A DNA stretch of 64,000 bases from the NCBI GenBank assembly GCA_963706025.1, contig CAVPLM010000005.1:1120001-1184000 (forward strand). Direction: 5' to 3'. A program made the translations under genes and the position numbers. Each line of letters opens with the position of its first letter. The stretch's first letter is position 1. Positions 61,051 to 64,000 of the stretch are shown piece after piece. The DNA comes from an uncultured Actinomycetes bacterium. Lineage in GTDB: Bacteria > Actinomycetota > Thermoleophilia > RBG-16-64-13. The notes beneath the pieces were generated by a model. The model was not told the origin of the DNA and did not search any database. It saw only the letters and a program-made list of their open reading frames with translations.

Positions 61051-64000
61051 CTATCGGGCCAATTCCACCTCAACGTAGTGGTCGCGCCGGTCATCCACGA
61101 GAGGGATGGTGCTCTGAAGGGGCCCGCTCTGGTCGAGATCTACGCCATCCACGGTGACGAGTCTTACACTCTGCACCCCGAGCGGCTCGGGTTGCTGTTC
61201 AGGATCACCCGGCCGGCTTTCGGTCAGCTTGAAAGTGATGTGATAGAAAGTCTCGCGATAACGGTAGTGGATCTTGCATGATTCCCAGTCCTTCGGGATC
61301 AGCGGCGCCAGGCGCAGCTTGTCCACCTCCAAACGGAGGCCGATCAGCGTCTCCACGGCCAACCTGTACATCCATCCCGCTGCGCCCGTGTACCAGGTCC
61401 AACCTCCCCGACCGGTATGCGGCGGGGCACCGTAGATATCAGCGCTCATGACGTAGGGTTCCACTTGGTACAGTTCGCTCTCCCCCGGCTGATCCCCATG
61501 ATGGATAGGATTGAGCATCGAGAACAACTCCCATGCCCGCTCCCGGTCACCGATCATGGCGAACGCCATCGCAGCCCATACTGCGGCATGGGTGTACTGG
61601 CCCCCGTTTTCGCGGACGCCGGGCACGTAGCCTTTGATGTAGCCGGGCTCCAGGGAGGAGGCGTCGAAGGCTGGATCCAGCAGCTTGATGAGACCCGCGT
61701 CGCGCATAACCAGGAGCCTATCTACCGCCGCCATAGCCTGACGGGCGCGCAGAGGGTCTCCGGCCTCGGATATCACCGCCCAGCTCTGGCTGATCGAGTC
61801 GATACGGCATTCTTCGTTGGCAGAAGAACCCAGAGGCGTGCCGTCGTCGAAGTATGCCCGCCGATACCAGCCGCCGTCCCAAGCATGCGCCTCTATGTTG
61901 GCCCTGAGTTCCTCCGCCTGTCCCGTGCACAACCGGGCCAGTTCATCGTCTCCACGACCGCGGGCCAGGTCCCCGAACAGGCGGAGGTTCTCGTGAAGGA
62001 ACCAAGCGAGCCACACGCTCTCCCCCTTGCCCTCACGACCGACGCGGTTCATGCCGTCGTTCCAGTCGCCGGTCCCCATGAGCGGCAGTCCGTGGCGACC
62101 GAACCGTAGGCCGTGCTTGATGGCCCGCACGCAGTGCTCATACAGGGTCGCGATATCGGGGGAGCGTTGCGGGAGGTCAAAGTAGGCCTCTTCTTCCGGA
62201 GTCAATTCTCGACCTTCAAGAAACGCTACCGGTTCGTCAAGGACCCCCGTGTCACCGGTCGAGGACACATACCGGCACGTCGCATAGGGCAACCAGAGAT
62301 AGTCGTCGGACGAATGCGTGCGCACGCCCTGGCCCCCGGGTGGATGCCACCAGTGTTGGACGTCACCCTCGCGAAACTGGCGCTCGGCGCAGCGGAGCAG
62401 CTGCTCGCGCGCGAGCCACGGAGTCGTGTGAATCAGAGCCATCGTGTCCTGCAATTGGTCCCGGAAGCCGTAGGCACCACCCGATTGGTAGTAGCCGCTG
62501 CGCCCCCAGCACCGGCAGGAAAGGGTCTGATACACCAGCCATCCGTTGGCCAGCACGTCGAGCGCGCGGTCCGGAGTCTCGAGATACACGGCGCCCAAGA
62601 CGTGGTTCCAGTGCGCCCAGACCGCCTCTAGGGCTTGGCGGGCGCCGGCCGGGCCCCCGAAGCGCTGCACGAGCTGCCGGGCCTGGTCGACGTCGTCTGC
62701 CGCTCCGACGACGAAGACGACCTCCCTCTCCTGTTCGTCGTCCAGTTCGACTTGGGTCTGCATCGCCGCGCAGGGGTCCAGTCCGGCGCCCGTCTTGCCC
62801 GACAGGCGCATGCGGCTCATGGCGGCTGGGTCGGCCAGGGAGCCGTTTCGTCCAATGAACTCGGTGCGGTTTCCGGTGACAGTCCGCCGCACTTCGCTTG
62901 CCTGGACGAAGGCCACCCGGTTGGGCCACTGACGAGAATAGGGGTTGCGAGCGAAGATCGCCCCACTGTGGGCATCCTTTTCGGTCAGAACGTGCATCAG
63001 GTTGGCGTGCCGCCATTCGCCCAGTACCAGTTCCCAGTACCCCGTAAGCGAGAGTCGCCGAGGCCGTCCAGAGTGGTTGCGGAGCTTCACAGAAACGAAC
63101 TTCACAGGCGCGTCCATCGCGACATACGTGGACAACTCCGAGAAGATGCCGGACTCGTCATGCTCGAACAAACTGTAGCCGAACCCGTGCCGGCAAACGT
63201 ACCCGGACCGGCCGGGAGCCGGCAACGGTGTGGGCGACCAGAAGGCGCCCGTTTCCTCATCCCGAATGTAGAACGCCTCCCCACTGCTGTCGCCGACCGA
63301 GTCGTTGTGAAAAGTGGTCAGGCGGTATTCGTGAGCGTTCTCCACCCACGTATACGCGCTCCCGCTCTCGCTGACCACCGTTCCGACGAAGGGGCTCGCG
63401 ATCACGTTCACCCACGGTGCAGGCGTGCTCCGCCCGGGTTCCAGGCTGATGACATACTCGCGGCCGTCGGGCGTGAAGCCGCCGAGGCCGTTGTGGAAGA
63501 TGCTGTCTCGCTCCGGTAGCGGCTCGATCGCTTCGGCCGCCGGCTGACGCGAGGGCTCGAGGCCTCCCGGCAGGCGCTCGGCCGGCGCGCGACGTTGCGC
63601 CTGCTCGGCAAGTGTCTCGGTGCCGGCGAGCACCACGCGGGCGACGGTCTGGAACAACACCCGATCCTCTTCGGATAGCTCCTCCGCGCGCCGGACGAAG
63701 ACGCCCCCGGGTTTGTCGATAACGGCGGCTTCGGGCCCTGCGTTGATCAGGCCCATGATCTCGTCCTGGAGGACCGCTCGGTAGCCCGAGAAGTCCTCGT
63801 TCAGAATTACCATGTCCGCAGCCAGGCCCTTGATCCTCCAGTAAGCGTGAGCCTGCAGGGCCTGCTTCACCAGGTCGATGCGACTCAGGTCGGCGATGCG
63901 TACCAGGACGATGGGTAGGTCCCCCGAGACGCCGAAGCGCCAAAGCCCAGATTGCCCAAGCTGGTTGCGCGCCATGATGCTGGGATTGGCACGCCTAAGA
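61051..64000 (-). CDS. GH94 glycoside phosphorylase, C-terminal part of a Cgs/NdvB-like cyclic beta-1,2-glucan synthase (5' end outside the window)
   Basis: GVSGDLPI, TPAPWVNVIA, QSGGAYGFRDQLQD, GDWNDGMN, RENGGQYTH, WYTGAAGW. Confidence 0.88.
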   Translation of the reverse strand, partial: LRRANPSIMARNQLGQSGLWRFGVSGDLPIVLVRIADLSRIDLVKQALQAHAYWRIKGLAADMVILNEDFSGYRAVLQDEIMGLINAGPEAAVIDKPGGVFVRRAEELSEEDRVLFQTVARVVLAGTETLAEQAQRRAPAERLPGGLEPSRQPAAEAIEPLPERDSIFHNGLGGFTPDGREYVISLEPGRSTPAPWVNVIASPFVGTVVSESGSAYTWVENAHEYRLTTFHNDSVGDSSGEAFYIRDEETGAFWSPTPLPAPGRSGYVCRHGFGYSLFEHDESGIFSELSTYVAMDAPVKFVSVKLRNHSGRPRRLSLTGYWELVLGEWRHANLMHVLTEKDAHSGAIFARNPYSRQWPNRVAFVQASEVRRTVTGNRTEFIGRNGSLADPAAMSRMRLSGKTGAGLDPCAAMQTQVELDDEQEREVVFVVGAADDVDQARQLVQRFGGPAGARQALEAVWAHWNHVLGAVYLETPDRALDVLANGWLVYQTLSCRCWGRSGYYQSGGAYGFRDQLQDTMALIHTTPWLAREQLLRCAERQFREGDVQHWWHPPGGQGVRTHSSDDYLWLPYATCRYVSSTGDTGVLDEPVAFLEGRELTPEEEAYFDLPQRSPDIATLYEHCVRAIKHGLRFGRHGLPLMGTGDWNDGMNRVGREGKGESVWLAWFLHENLRLFGDLARGRGDDELARLCTGQAEELRANIEAHAWDGGWYRRAYFDDGTPLGSSANEECRIDSISQSWAVISEAGDPLRARQAMAAVDRLLVMRDAGLIKLLDPAFDASSLEPGYIKGYVPGVRENGGQYTHAAVWAAMAFAMIGDRERAWELFSMLNPIHHGDQPGESELYQVEPYVMSADIYGAPPHTGRGGWTWYTGAAGWMYRLAVETLIGLRLEVDKLRLAPLIPKDWESCKIHYRYRETFYHITFKLTESRPGDPEQQPEPLGVQSVRLVTVDGVDLDQSGPLQSTIPLVDDRRDHYVEVELAR

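Overview
GC-rich bacterial window from an anaerobe. A monoderm, probably an actinobacterium of the Thermoleophilia-like anaerobic lineages, is inferred from the LCP protein, the Tat lipoprotein with a Thr-rich linker and a leaderless-type promoter; this is inference only. Bases 2.6-17.7 kb form a C1 cluster: fchA, folD, [NiFe]-hydrogenase small and large subunits, metV, metF, lpdA, a corrinoid protein, a URO-D/MtaA-type methyltransferase, DUF1638, a methyl-THF methyltransferase, and a fused GltD-like/formate dehydrogenase with an in-frame UGA and SECIS hairpin. Next come housekeeping and accessory genes: proC, a radical SAM protein, a P-type ATPase, LCP, a YedF/DUF3343/Cys-desulfurase trio, a GMP synthase B subunit, and a RelE-HTH toxin-antitoxin pair with integron-cassette-like edges. 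Bases 35-51 kb form a catabolic block: ald, moaD, AOR, glcDEF, gldA, a class III aminotransferase, a PAS-LuxR regulator, an NTase-like protein, a metallophosphoesterase and an APC permease. The window ends with a HIRAN protein, a Mo-oxidoreductase, an Ntn hydrolase, a vor-type 2-oxoacid:ferredoxin oxidoreductase operon, SDR, VOC and a GH94 gene. Many genes, mostly at 8-17 kb, carry single-base indels that are most likely long-read errors. No rRNA, tRNA, CRISPR array or intact transposase was seen. Best leads: (1) a Tat-less hydrogenase inserted between folD and metVF, a candidate H2-coupled methylene-THF reductase; (2) a possible B12-independent amino-alcohol catabolic pathway; (3) a permease/phosphoesterase/nucleotidyltransferase trio of unknown function.
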